In this document: positions 36,220 to 46,656 of the stretch, piece by piece
How the letters are laid out: each line of letters begins with the position of its first letter
Numbering within the stretch: the first letter of the stretch is position 1
NCBI GenBank assembly: GCA_050250895.1
Contig: JBFWNU010000001.1
Location: 2,916,891-2,980,890 of the forward strand
DNA: 64,000 bases
Source: Vulcanimicrobiota bacterium
GTDB taxonomy: Bacteria; Vulcanimicrobiota; Xenobia; Xenobiales; JADMJV01
Direction: 5' to 3'
The notes under the pieces: generated by a model
Database searches by the model: none
Told to the model about the DNA's origin: nothing
The model's input: the letters and a program-made list of their open reading frames with translations, nothing else
Made by a program: the position numbers and the translations under genes

Positions 36220-38299
36220 TGGCGCTTGACTTGAACACCTACCTCGACCAGGTGCGGCGCGAGGGGAGACTCGACTCCGATGGCCAGTTCGTCTTGTCTC
36301 CCGAGAAGGCGCTCGAGAAGATGCGCGCCTTTCAACTGGCCGCGCCCGAACTGTATGTCGTTCATCTGCTGGCGGCGGCGGTGGCCCGGGGCGCGACCTT
36401 CTTTCGGGTGATGACCGCCAATCGCGGCGTCGAGTTCAATTTCGACGGTCTTCCGCTGGAGCGCGAAGAACTGGACGGGCTGTTCTCGGCCTTGTTAAGC
36501 CAGGGCAGTCCGACCTGGCAACGTGAGTTGGCCATTGGGGTGAACGGCGCCCTGGCTCTCGAGCCCGAACGGGTGAGCGTCGACACCTGGGCCTCTGGCC
36601 AGGGCTGGAGCCTGGTTTGCCAGGGTCAACAGATTCAGCTCGACGCCCGAGCCCACGGGTGGCGACCCGGCGCTGCCGGCACCCGCGTGCTGGTCGAGTT
36701 GGAGTTTAGTCTGCAGCGCACGTTTCGGCGTCTTAGTTCAGCCACCACCGAGCTGAAACTGCTCATGCAGATGTGCCGGTACGCCCCCTTGAGCCTGAAG
36801 GTCGACTCTTTGCTGGTGAGTCACCCGGTCTCGATGGGGGCCGGCTCGAACACGGCGCTGGCCAGATGTCGACTGCAAGCCGACCCGGCCCCTCCGGGAG
36901 CCAGCCTGGTGATTCAGCCGCTGCAAGAGCGGGAAGCGCCCTTCTGCACCGAGGAATCGGCCACCAGCCCCGGCGATTTCGCTGCCCTATTGGTGCTCGA
37001 GTCGGCCCGAAAGGCGCGCGAGCACGGCCTGACCCTGGTGGTCAACGGAGTCAACTTTCGGCGCTCCCAAGAGGTGTTGGGGTTCCCTCTGGCCTGCGGA
37101 GTGGTGAGCGCTCCGTTCTTGTCCAAGAACCTTTCTCACACCGACCTGGTGGAAGACTCCTCTTATGAGCAGTTGCTCGAACAGTTGCGCCAGCAGGTGC
37201 AGGCAATGGTCCTACGGCGCTGTGGGTCGAGCCACCCGTTTGGGCGCTACCTGGGCCCCGAGTTGGCGCAGGCCCTTGAAGAGAGCTTTCCTGACCCGCC
37301 TCCCGGCGAGGTTCGTGAGTGGTACGCTCGGTATAAGATCCTCCGCAGCGGCGCTTCCGACCAGGACTTCGAAGCCGGTCTTGCAGCCCTGGCCGAGTTC
37401 CAGGCAGAGACAGCCCAGGCCTTCGAGATGAGCTTTTCCAAACGCAGTTCGAGCTTTTGCTCGAGAGTTGGACCGACCCGGCCGATACCCAGGGTCGAGT
37501 GATCCAGGCTCGGCGACTCTTGCGGCTTCTAGACGGCTCGGGCAGCCCGGACCAGGCGGACCTGGTGCGTTCCACCCTGGCGCTCGAGAACCAGCCGGGC
37601 TGGTCGACCGCCCGGCTGGGCACCGAGTGGGAGGATCACCGGTTGGCTCTGGGCCATCGGCTCGGTCAGCGATACGACCTGGCCGAGTCGCTCCACGCGC
37701 GCGATCAGACTACCGCCTGGGGCCCGTTTCTGCTGGGGCAACTGGCCCTGGTGACCGGACAGCGCGAACGAGCGGTGGAGTATTTTCAGCGCGCTCAATC
37801 GCTCGAACCCGAGTGGGGCTTTCTTTATGATGCTTGCGCCTGTGCCTTCGAGCGCCAGGACTCGCGCCGCGAGGCCTATCGCCAGCGGGTGCGAGCCTAT
37901 GAATTGCGAAAGCCGTCCTCGGGCAGTGTGCTGTGGTTGCAGTGGTTGTCGAGGCAATCGCGGGGGGCCGCCCCGCTGCTGGAATGGGTGCGCTGGTGCG
38001 CCCGGGCGGGCCGCGCCAGCTTTCAGCTCGGCATGGCCGAGAATCAGCTATGGTATGGTGTGGAGCGGGCCCAATCGCAGGCACTTGTCTGCTGGCTGGA
38101 ACTGGAGGACTCGAACCGAAACGTGGCGAGGACTTCGGCTTTGTCGAGCTATTTGTTCTGGCGCTTGCATGACCGATTATCGGCGGATGGTATGCTCGCC
38201 CAGGCCGACCAGCGGCTCTGCAAACGCCTGTTGTTCGGAAGTTTCCGGCTGCAGGACTGCACGGTGGTAGCCGATGCTCCGGTGCCCTCGCTGCTCTAG
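36219..38299 (+). pseudogene. 'DSxGQFxL..EKALEK..FQL' family protein with TPR-like C-terminus, one frameshift near 37420 (real or sequencing error)
   Basis: The reading frame continues as ...LRDELFQTQFELLLESW if one base is restored at CAGGCCTTCGA. Confidence 0.65.
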
Positions 38300-39177
38300 T
38301 CCTGCGGTTCGGGCTCGGCTTCGACCGGCTCGGTAGCTGGCGCCGGCTCGGGTTCAGGGGCGGGAGCGGCTTCGGCCGGGGCCGGGGCTGCCTCGGTGGG
38401 GCCGTTGCTGCGAACCCGATAGAGGACACCCTGATCGGTCTCGATCTGCTCGATGTGAGCCTCTTTGCCTTGCTGCTTGAGTTCTTCGGCCAGTCGTTCG
38501 GCGTTGTCGGGCTTGGCAAACGCCCCGTATTGCTGGGCCCCGGAGGGAGCGGTGGAAGGCTCGGGAAGGGGACGGGCCGGCTGTTCGGCCACCTCTTTCT
38601 CGACCGGTTTCTCGGCGGGCTTTTCGGCCACCGCCGGGGTGGGGCTGGGGGTCGGTGAAGCCTCGGGCTTCTCCTCAGGCTCGGTCTTTTCGGCGACTTC
38701 CTCGGGCTTGGCTTCGCTCTCGACCGGCTTGGTCTCTTCGGGCTTTTTCACCTCGGGTTTGGTTTCGTCGGGCTTTTTGACCTCGGGCTCTTTGGGCTCG
38801 GGAGCTTTGGCTACCGACTCGACCACGGGCACCTTGACCTTGGCCTCGGCGAGCATGGCCAGGGTGGGGCCGAGGTTGGCGATGGGCTTCTTGGGAGCCG
38901 GCTTCTCGGCCGTTTCTGCCGGCGCTTTGGCCTGGCTCGCGACCGGCTTCTCGATAAACTGGGCGGCCAGCAGGGCCGACTTCTCGACCGTCAGGACATC
39001 GACGGCTGCCATCTTCTTGGCGGGAGCCGCGGCCGGCGGTTCTTTGTGCGCAAGCAGCTTGCCGTCGAGCACCAAATGGCTGGCCCAGGCAAAGCCCACC
39101 AGGCCGAGCCAGATTGCCATGACCAGAAAGGCCGCGAATTTACCGAAAAAAGTGTCTTTATAGGCTGACTTGCGCAT
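38296..39177 (-). CDS. SPOR-domain cell-envelope protein with N-terminal TM and P/E/K-rich linker
   Basis: QYGAFAKPDNAERLAEELKQQG...LYRVR SPOR motif. Confidence 0.8.
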   Translation of the reverse strand: MRKSAYKDTFFGKFAAFLVMAIWLGLVGFAWASHLVLDGKLLAHKEPPAAAPAKKMAAVDVLTVEKSALLAAQFIEKPVASQAKAPAETAEKPAPKKPIANLGPTLAMLAEAKVKVPVVESVAKAPEPKEPEVKKPDETKPEVKKPEETKPVESEAKPEEVAEKTEPEEKPEASPTPSPTPAVAEKPAEKPVEKEVAEQPARPLPEPSTAPSGAQQYGAFAKPDNAERLAEELKQQGKEAHIEQIETDQGVLYRVRSNGPTEAAPAPAEAAPAPEPEPAPATEPVEAEPEPQD

Positions 39178-39233
39178 AGACTTGAGTATTCTTCAAGCCT
39201 GGGACCTGGATCCTGTCGCCGAAGCGTTGAATT

Positions 39234-42200
39234 TTAGCTTTGCGCCACATCGACCTCGAAATCGCCGATGCGCACGCGCTCGTCGTCGCGTTCGAGTTCG
39301 AGGTTGGCCTTCGACTCGAGGCTCTCGGTCAGCGCCAGGATCTCGGCCACGTCTTTGGCCGCCGGGCCGAGGTTGGCCACAGCCGCGATCAGGTCTTTGC
39401 GATTGGGGTTGGCCAACACGGCGGTGTAGAGTTGGGTCTGGGCCCGGGCTCCGCGGCCCAGCGCGTGGCGTTGCACCAGACTCCAGAAATTCGGGTCTTT
39501 CTGGCTGAGAATGTCGACAGCAGCCTGGCCGACCTCGGCCTTTTGACGCTCGCTCTGGCAGGCGTCCATCAGCTTGAGGGCTGCCTGGGTGAAGGTCTCT
39601 TTCTTCAGGTCGACGGCCACGGCCATTAGCGGGGCGGCCTGATGGTCGGGCTGGCCGTCGGTGATGGCCTTGAGCAAGCGGTTGGTATCGGCGGCGGGCG
39701 GCTCCGCGGCCAGCATCTCGGTGGCCAGGTTGCGCATGGCCTGGGGATTGTCTCGGTTCAGGTTGGAGACGACCGAGCCGGGTTGGCCGAAGGCCCAGGC
39801 CAGCAAGGCTTTTCGCTCGGCGGTCGACTCGAGGCCTTCCAACAGTTGATTGGCCAGGGCCTGGCGAGGAGAGGCCGGCAGCAAGGCCAGGGTCTTCTTG
39901 CCCAATTCTGGCAGATCGGTGCGCGCGTAATACTGGTCCAGGTTGGCTACGACGGTGGGAGCCAGCTCGAGGGGAGTAGCCTCGGGGTGGTCCAGCAAGG
40001 CAGAATAGACAGCTTGCTGGGTCTCGTAGTGTTTGTCCGGCCCGACCATTCCCAGGGCCCACTCGGCCGCGCTTGCGAAGGGTGGCGCTTGCTTGAGTTC
40101 TTGCACCAGCAGCCGTCCGACCCTGGCTTTGTCTTCGTGAATCAGCTGCCGGTAGACGTTGCGGGAGTAGTCGAGCAACTGGTCGGGAGTATCGGCCTGC
40201 TTGGTGGTCAGGGTCTCCCGGTAGATTTTTACCCGCGAGATCGCGTCGCTGGCCGAGGCCAGGCTGGTGGCCAGTTGGGTCAGGTGGTTCTGGGGCAACA
40301 GGTCGACGGCGGCCTTGCTCAGCGTGTGCCGGTCGTCCCACGAACCGCTAGCGTGTTCGAGCCCAACGAGTTCGTTCATCAGAGCGGTCGGTGCTTGGGT
40401 GGCTTTGGCCAGCACCGGCTTCATCAGTTCCTGGAGTGTTTTCTCGGAGAGCTTCAAGCCTCGGGCCCAGCTGGCCATGGTGGCCGTTTCCTGGTGTCGG
40501 CTCAGTTCCTCGAGCAAGATTCCGGCCAGCTTGTGATTGAGTTCGAGTTCGCCGGCCGCGGTCACGATGGCCTGGGCGCTGCCCAGAAGCGGATGGCCCA
40601 GGACCCAGCGATGGATCTTCTTGCGGTCTTCGGGCTCCTCGAGTTGGCCCAGCCAGCGGTCAGCCAGTTCGGCGGCCGGGCGGGTGGCCTCGTCCTGCCG
40701 GAGTTTGTCGACAAAGAAGGCTCCCATCTGGTCGAAGTGAGCGGTGCTCCAGTAGTCGCTCATGCCTCCCAGCACGCCCTTACCGAACCGGGCGAAATCC
40801 TCGCCGGTTTCGAGTTTGGGAATGGTCAGGGCCTCGGCATAGACGGCGTTGCGGGTCTCGTAATGGTCGAATTTGGCCGCAAGCTCGAGGCCAAACTCGG
40901 CCGCCTGGCGGGTTTCGGGGTAGGCCGTCAAAGCCTCGAGCAAAGTCTCGCCCGCCTTTTGACGGTCGTCTTGAATCAGTCGTTGGTGGATGGCCCTGGC
41001 CAGACTCGCCAGCTCGGCCGGGGTGGAGGCTTGGCGCTGCTGGTAGGCCAGGTGGTTGGTGTGGGTAGCCGAGACCTCGTCGACCACCGCGTCCACCTTC
41101 TTGGCCAGTTCGACGGCCGGGCTGCACTCGGAGCCGAGCTGAGCGACGGCTGCCCGGCTGAGCAGGCTGGCGCTGCGCCAGTTAGTGCTGCCGTGCTTGG
41201 AAAGTTCGAAGAGGTCATCAGCCAGGTCATGGGGGGTCTGAGTCACGTCTCGGCATACTTTGGCGAGCAGCCCCAGGGCCAATTCCTGGCTGATCTTGCC
41301 GTAGAGCTCGAGCGCCCAGCCGGCCAGGGCCTGAGACTCGGGTCGCTGGGCCAGCTCTTCGAGCAGGGCCCGCCCCCGTGCGTAGCTGGGCTCGGCCAGA
41401 GCGGCGAAGTCCTGGGCCGTGCTGGCAGTGGGATGGGCAAAGACCCATTGGATCACCTTTTGGCGGTCCTCGGGCTCGCTCAGGCGGCCTACCATCGAGC
41501 GGGCAAACTCGGCCGCCGTCCGGGTCTCGGGGTCGGCCGCCAGGTGGTCGAGGAAATAGTTGCCCAGGGGCTCGATGTCGTTCTTGCTCCAGTAGCCGTC
41601 GAGGCGACCGAGAATCTTACCGCCCACTGCCGCCATGGCCTTGCCGCCCTCGAGAGCGGGCAGCTCGAGCAGGGTGCTGGTGATGGCCGTGCGGGTAGAG
41701 CATTGTTGGTAGCCTTTGGCCAGCTCCAATCCGAAGCGGGCGGGCCCGGCCGTCTCGGCAAAGGCGGTCAGCTTCTCGAGCGAGCGCTCGCCGACCGTGG
41801 CCTGGTCTTCTTGAATCAAGTGATTTTGCAGGTCGCGGGCCATCTCGGCCAGTTGCTCGGGAGTGCGAGCCGTGCGCGCTTTGAGCCCCCAGATGCGGAG
41901 GTCACGCACCGAATAGGACTGCAATCCCTGGCTCATTGCCTTGACCCAGCCCAGGGCGGTGGCATAGGCAGGCTGGTCCGCCAGTGCCTCGACCAGCGCC
42001 CCTTCGATCCCCACCGGACGATCCGCCATCTGCTCGGCAAACTCCACCACCGAGAGGGTGGGATGGGCGAACACTTCCTTCTGCAGATAGAGCATGCCGC
42101 CCTCACTGGGGGGCTTGAGGCGGCTGGCCCAGGTGGCCAGAGCGGAGCTCTCGGGAAAACGCTGTAACTCTTCGATCATCAGTGTGCCGCAGGGAGTTCG

Positions 42201-42968
42201 ACTGTGTTCCCCCTGGCGGTTGTAGATGGGCAGAGTGGAGTGCAAGAACTCCTGAGCCGAAGTGGCCTCGAGGCTGGCCTGCAAGAACTCGGGCACACCC
42301 GAACGCAAGGCCCCGCGGATGGTCTCGAGCTTTTTCATGCTCTCCAGGCGACGGCCCACCGGCAGCGCGCTCAGGGGGATCCAGCCGCCTCCCTGTCCCA
42401 CCGTGGGGTCGGCCTCGGCCAGCGCGGCGCAGACGGGTTGATAGCCATGATAGAAGGCGTAGCCGTTCTTCTCGAGGTCGAGCAACTCGGCGTTGGCCGG
42501 GTCTGCATAGAAGTTGGCCAGCTGGGCCAGCTTCTTTTCCCCCTCGAGCGGCACGGCCACGGCCCCCCCGTCCATCCGCAGGTCCTGCAAACCAAAGTCG
42601 TCGGTCAGGGCGTTGTAAGCCACGTAGAGGCCACTTGCCACCGGGCCGTGGTGGCCCAGGCTTGCTTGAAAAGAGAATCCTTTTTCAGCCAGGGTCTTGA
42701 GCTGATCGGCCAGCTCGGGTTTGGCCAGTTGGCTGGTCTCCAGCTGGCCGTGCAGGGCGGCCAGTTCCTGCAAGTCTTGCTGGCTGCGCAACGGCAGCAT
42801 CGGCCCGTCGGGGGTCAGGCGCACGCCGTTGTCGGGCTGGCCCACTTCGAACCGGTCGGGGCTGACCTCTTTGTGGGTGGCGGTGAAAGGAAGGCGCCAA
42901 GACTTCTTGCGCATGAAGGTGACACCCTCACGCGCCAGGCCATGCAGTAGCTCGCCATTCCGGACCAT
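39234..42968 (-). CDS. 1244-aa alpha-helical repeat protein of unknown function
   Basis: Long ORF with typical codon usage; three ~280-aa repeats; -10 TAAGCT 6 nt before the ATG. Confidence 0.8.
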   Translation of the reverse strand: MVRNGELLHGLAREGVTFMRKKSWRLPFTATHKEVSPDRFEVGQPDNGVRLTPDGPMLPLRSQQDLQELAALHGQLETSQLAKPELADQLKTLAEKGFSFQASLGHHGPVASGLYVAYNALTDDFGLQDLRMDGGAVAVPLEGEKKLAQLANFYADPANAELLDLEKNGYAFYHGYQPVCAALAEADPTVGQGGGWIPLSALPVGRRLESMKKLETIRGALRSGVPEFLQASLEATSAQEFLHSTLPIYNRQGEHSRTPCGTLMIEELQRFPESSALATWASRLKPPSEGGMLYLQKEVFAHPTLSVVEFAEQMADRPVGIEGALVEALADQPAYATALGWVKAMSQGLQSYSVRDLRIWGLKARTARTPEQLAEMARDLQNHLIQEDQATVGERSLEKLTAFAETAGPARFGLELAKGYQQCSTRTAITSTLLELPALEGGKAMAAVGGKILGRLDGYWSKNDIEPLGNYFLDHLAADPETRTAAEFARSMVGRLSEPEDRQKVIQWVFAHPTASTAQDFAALAEPSYARGRALLEELAQRPESQALAGWALELYGKISQELALGLLAKVCRDVTQTPHDLADDLFELSKHGSTNWRSASLLSRAAVAQLGSECSPAVELAKKVDAVVDEVSATHTNHLAYQQRQASTPAELASLARAIHQRLIQDDRQKAGETLLEALTAYPETRQAAEFGLELAAKFDHYETRNAVYAEALTIPKLETGEDFARFGKGVLGGMSDYWSTAHFDQMGAFFVDKLRQDEATRPAAELADRWLGQLEEPEDRKKIHRWVLGHPLLGSAQAIVTAAGELELNHKLAGILLEELSRHQETATMASWARGLKLSEKTLQELMKPVLAKATQAPTALMNELVGLEHASGSWDDRHTLSKAAVDLLPQNHLTQLATSLASASDAISRVKIYRETLTTKQADTPDQLLDYSRNVYRQLIHEDKARVGRLLVQELKQAPPFASAAEWALGMVGPDKHYETQQAVYSALLDHPEATPLELAPTVVANLDQYYARTDLPELGKKTLALLPASPRQALANQLLEGLESTAERKALLAWAFGQPGSVVSNLNRDNPQAMRNLATEMLAAEPPAADTNRLLKAITDGQPDHQAAPLMAVAVDLKKETFTQAALKLMDACQSERQKAEVGQAAVDILSQKDPNFWSLVQRHALGRGARAQTQLYTAVLANPNRKDLIAAVANLGPAAKDVAEILALTESLESKANLELERDDERVRIGDFEVDVAQS

Positions 42969-43048
42969 GAGCCCAGCTTAGGCTACCAGACTTAACAAAA
43001 TTGGAAAACGACAGGGAGATCGGGCCTCGGCGTGAAGGCAATAGCCTC

Positions 43049-45892
43049 ATGCTCTGTCTTCATCAGCAATTCCGCCGCCAGGCCCTGCAGACTCCCGAAG
43101 CCGTGGCGGTGGTGGACGGCTCGACTACGCTCACCTATCGCCAACTCGACCAGGCCAGCGACGCCATGGCCGGTCATCTGCAGCAGCACGGTATCGGCTG
43201 CGATCAAACTGTGGGTCTGCACCTGGAGAAGTCGGCCCTCTATATCATCGGCTGCCTGGCCGCCTGCAAAGCCGGCGGGGCCTTCCTGCCCCTCTTTCTC
43301 GACTATCCGACCAGCCTGCTCAAGAGCGTCATGGAGCAGACGCGCTCCCCGGTGGTGCTGACCCGCTCGGGCCTGGAGCTGCCCCTGGCTACCCATCGCC
43401 TCGACCTGGATGTCGATCAGAGCTGGCGCCAGGCGAGTCTGTGCTCGGTCGACTGCAAGCCCGACAGCCTGATGTTCGTGGTTTATACCTCGGGCACCAC
43501 CGGCGAGCCCAAGGGCATCACTCTGCCCCACCGAGCCGCCATGCACTCCTACGCCGAGCGCTACAAGATCAGCGATTATCAGGTGGGTCAGCGGGTCGGT
43601 TGCAACATCTTCTTCGTGTGGGAGATCTTCCGTCCGCTGCTGCGCGGGGCGACCGTCTATGTCATCTCGGACGACATCATCTACGACCCGCGCCAGTTAA
43701 CCGAATTCATCGAGCATCACCGCCTGACCGAGCTCCTCTTCACCCCGTCTCTGCTCGAAACGGTGCTCAACAACGCCCAGCCCGAGGTGCTGGCTCGTCG
43801 CCTGAAAAGCCTGGAGGTGGCTATCCTCAACGGCGAGGTGGTGACCGAGCGCCTGCGTCAAAAGGCGCTGGCCCGCCTGCCCGAGACGATTCGCCTGATC
43901 AACACCTACAGCATCTCCGAGTGCCACGACGTGGCTTCTCTTGACCTGCGCGCCATCGAAGCGCCGCCTTCGGGCTACTGCCCGGTCGGCTATCCCATCG
44001 AGGGCATCTCGACCCGCATCCTTGACGACGAGCTCTATGTGGGCGGCCCGGGCCTGGCCCGCGGTTATCTGGGCAAGCCCGCGTTGACGGCCGAGCGCTT
44101 TGTCGAGGTGGAGGGCGAGCGGATGTACCGCACCGGCGACATCGCCTTCGCCCAGCCCGACGGCCGGCTAGAAATTCGCGGACGCTGCGACTCGATGGTC
44201 AAGATTCGCGGCTACAGCGTCCACCTGGGGGCGGTCCAATCGGCCCTCGAGGCCCTGCCCAGCGTCAAGGCCTGCGCCCTGCGAGCCCAGGGGCAAGAGG
44301 GCGAACACAAGCGGCTGGTGGCCTACGTGGTGCGCGCCCCCGAAGCAGACTGGAGCATCGACCGGGCCACCGGAGCCTGCCCCGTCTTGCGCGAGAGCCT
44401 GCGCCAGCAACTGGCCGATTTTATGCTCCCGAGTCTCTTTGTCGAACTCGAGCAGCTGCCGCTCTCGCCCACCACCGGCAAGCTCGACCCCGGCCTGCTG
44501 CCGCTGCCGCCACGGCGTGAGAGTCTCGACGTGAGCGACATCACCCTTACCACCGACGCCTCGCCGTCCGAGCAACTGGCTGCGATCTGTGCTCTGTGGG
44601 AACGTCTGCTGGGTCTCGATTCGGGCGCGGTCAAGCCGACCGACCACTTCTTCGATCTGGGCGGCCACTCGCTGCTGGCGGTGCGCCTGACCGTCTTGCT
44701 CGAGGAGATCTTCGGCCAGCGCATGACCGTCAAGGCCGTGGTCGACCATCCCACTCCCGCGGCCATCCTCGAATGGCTGGCCGGAAGGCGAGTCAGCGAG
44801 CCTCGCCCCGTCCCCGCCGACTATCAGCTCGACCCGTCCATCCAGCCGGCCACGACTCCGGTGCTGCTGAGCGACGCCAAAGGGATCCTGGTGACCGGAG
44901 CCACCGGCTTCTTAGGAGCTTTTCTGGTGGAGGAATTGGCCCGCCACACGCGGGCTCCCATCTATTGCCTGGTGCGAGGTTCCCAGCCGCAACAACGGCT
45001 AGACGCCAACCTGGCCCGTTACGGCCTGACCGCTCGCGCCACCGCTCTAGAGGGCGATCTGACCGCCCCTGGCCTGGGCCTGTCCGAGCACCCCTTCGAG
45101 GTGGTCTTTCACTGCGCCGCCCTGGTCAACTACGTCCATTCCTACGATGTATTAAAGCCTCATACCGTGAGCGGCACCCTCGAGGTGCTAAAGCTCGGCA
45201 AGACCCTGCACTTTATCTCGACCAACGGCATCTTTGCCGGCGGCGGCACCTACCTCGAGGACCGCCACATCGACCGATATCTCGAGCCGCTCTCGGGGGG
45301 CTACGGGTTGGCCAAGTGGGTGGCCGAGAAGCTGGTCTGGCAGGCCTACGACCGCGGCCTGCCGGTCGTGCTCTATCGCCCCGGCAACATCGGCCACCAC
45401 AGCCGCACCGGAGCGGCCAATCCCAACGATTTCCAATACCTGATTCTGCTGGGCTGTCTCAAGCTGGGCAAGGCTCCCGAGGTCGATCACTGGTTCTTCG
45501 AGATGACCCCGGTCGACGGTTTGGTGCGGGCTATGGTCGCCCTGGCCGACGACCCGCTGGCCTTCGGCCGCGTCTACAACGTGGTTCAAAGCCCCACCAC
45601 TCCGGCCCGCCAGCTGTTCGAGCGCATGCGCGGGGAAGGGCACATCTCGGGCTATCTGCCCCTGTCCGAATGGTTGAACCAGCTGCGGGCCGCGGCCCGC
45701 CGCGACGGCGACGAGACCCTCGAGGTGCTGGCCGAATCGTTGCCCGATGTCGAGGGCTATCTTGGTGACACCAGCCTCTATGACGGCACTCACTTTGCCG
45801 AGGCCCTGGCGCGCCACGGCCAGAGCCTGCCCGCGGCGGGGGTCGACTATCTGATGTTGGCCCTACAGACCGCGGGTGCGGCTAGAGGCTGA
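43049..45892 (+). CDS. Stand-alone NRPS-like adenylation-thiolation-reductase (A-T-R) enzyme
   Basis: YTSGTTGEPKG, MYRTGD, FFDLGGHSL PCP serine, TGATGFLG and YGLAK reductase motifs. Confidence 0.92.
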   Translation: MLCLHQQFRRQALQTPEAVAVVDGSTTLTYRQLDQASDAMAGHLQQHGIGCDQTVGLHLEKSALYIIGCLAACKAGGAFLPLFLDYPTSLLKSVMEQTRSPVVLTRSGLELPLATHRLDLDVDQSWRQASLCSVDCKPDSLMFVVYTSGTTGEPKGITLPHRAAMHSYAERYKISDYQVGQRVGCNIFFVWEIFRPLLRGATVYVISDDIIYDPRQLTEFIEHHRLTELLFTPSLLETVLNNAQPEVLARRLKSLEVAILNGEVVTERLRQKALARLPETIRLINTYSISECHDVASLDLRAIEAPPSGYCPVGYPIEGISTRILDDELYVGGPGLARGYLGKPALTAERFVEVEGERMYRTGDIAFAQPDGRLEIRGRCDSMVKIRGYSVHLGAVQSALEALPSVKACALRAQGQEGEHKRLVAYVVRAPEADWSIDRATGACPVLRESLRQQLADFMLPSLFVELEQLPLSPTTGKLDPGLLPLPPRRESLDVSDITLTTDASPSEQLAAICALWERLLGLDSGAVKPTDHFFDLGGHSLLAVRLTVLLEEIFGQRMTVKAVVDHPTPAAILEWLAGRRVSEPRPVPADYQLDPSIQPATTPVLLSDAKGILVTGATGFLGAFLVEELARHTRAPIYCLVRGSQPQQRLDANLARYGLTARATALEGDLTAPGLGLSEHPFEVVFHCAALVNYVHSYDVLKPHTVSGTLEVLKLGKTLHFISTNGIFAGGGTYLEDRHIDRYLEPLSGGYGLAKWVAEKLVWQAYDRGLPVVLYRPGNIGHHSRTGAANPNDFQYLILLGCLKLGKAPEVDHWFFEMTPVDGLVRAMVALADDPLAFGRVYNVVQSPTTPARQLFERMRGEGHISGYLPLSEWLNQLRAAARRDGDETLEVLAESLPDVEGYLGDTSLYDGTHFAEALARHGQSLPAAGVDYLMLALQTAGAARG

Positions 45893-46292
45893 GCCAGCCT
45901 TCGTCAGCCAGCAGTTGGCCCAGATAGTCTCTCAGGTCAACGGCCGCCTCACGCGCGTTGGTGACGTCGTCGGGAGTGAAAAGCACCGCCGGTCTATACT
46001 CGGCCTCTTCACGATCTCGCTGGAGTTTGTTCAACAAGCGGGCTCGGGAGGGGTCCAGGTCGCCATTGTGGACGTAGACTCGATGGAACTCGGAAATGAG
46101 GCCCGAATGGGTGGCCGGTTCGAGGCCACGGGCGAGAAGCGCGGCCTTGGCCGCGTGGTAGGCGGCATAGTAAAAGCGGCCGACCGCCTGGCGGTGGAAG
46201 CCCAGGGCCGCCAACTGTTCCCCAGCTTCGAACTCTTCGGTGGAGGCCTTCCACTCCTGGCTCAGATTGAACTCGCGATTCTCCGGGCTCAT
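45882..46292 (-). CDS. HEPN domain protein
   Basis: YYAAYHAAKAAL...THSG...REEAEY pattern; coupled to the upstream MNT gene. Confidence 0.85.
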   Translation of the reverse strand: MSPENREFNLSQEWKASTEEFEAGEQLAALGFHRQAVGRFYYAAYHAAKAALLARGLEPATHSGLISEFHRVYVHNGDLDPSRARLLNKLQRDREEAEYRPAVLFTPDDVTNAREAAVDLRDYLGQLLADEGWLSL

Positions 46293-46621
46293 ACCTCGAC
46301 GCCTTGCTCGGTGATATCGCGAGCCAGGCGGCGCTCGCGTTTTTGCAGCTCTTCGAAATCACCGACCGACATCACCAGCGGGGCCAGGGGAACGAGGAAA
46401 CCATCCTCAGCCGAGAGATCATAGGCGAGATCGTAGACGCTGTGGCGTGTGGGCCGATCGACTTCGCCGGTGAGTAACACCAAGAGGTCGAGGTCCGAGT
46501 CGGGCCGGGCTGTGCCTCGGGCGCGCGACCCGAAGGCCCTCACCCTGGCCAGCCGGGAGCCCACCAGCCCATCCAAGGCGTCACGGAACCGTTTTGCCAA
46601 CTCGCGCTCGTGCTGTTCCAT
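46289..46621 (-). CDS. Minimal nucleotidyltransferase (MNT)
   Basis: FGSRARG....DSDLDL (GS-x10-DxD). Confidence 0.9.
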   Translation of the reverse strand: MEQHERELAKRFRDALDGLVGSRLARVRAFGSRARGTARPDSDLDLLVLLTGEVDRPTRHSVYDLAYDLSAEDGFLVPLAPLVMSVGDFEELQKRERRLARDITEQGVEV

Positions 46622-46656
46622 CGGTATTACTTCGAGCCACTGTCGGGGGGGCCTTT

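Noticed and set aside
38296-39177. Tandem DNA repeats or novel repeat protein
   Set aside because: The short KPE/EVKK repeats are an ordinary low-complexity linker of a SPOR protein.
39642-42167. 841-aa plus-strand ORF and other long antisense ORFs (e.g. 6704-7864, 11651-12937, 33091-34341, 55845-57080)
   Set aside because: Shadow ORFs opposite well-supported genes, expected from high-GC codon bias; no recognisable motifs.
45882-46621. MNT-HEPN pair as a novel system linked to the A-T-R enzyme
   Set aside because: A common stand-alone module, convergent with the A-T-R gene; nothing indicates a functional link.
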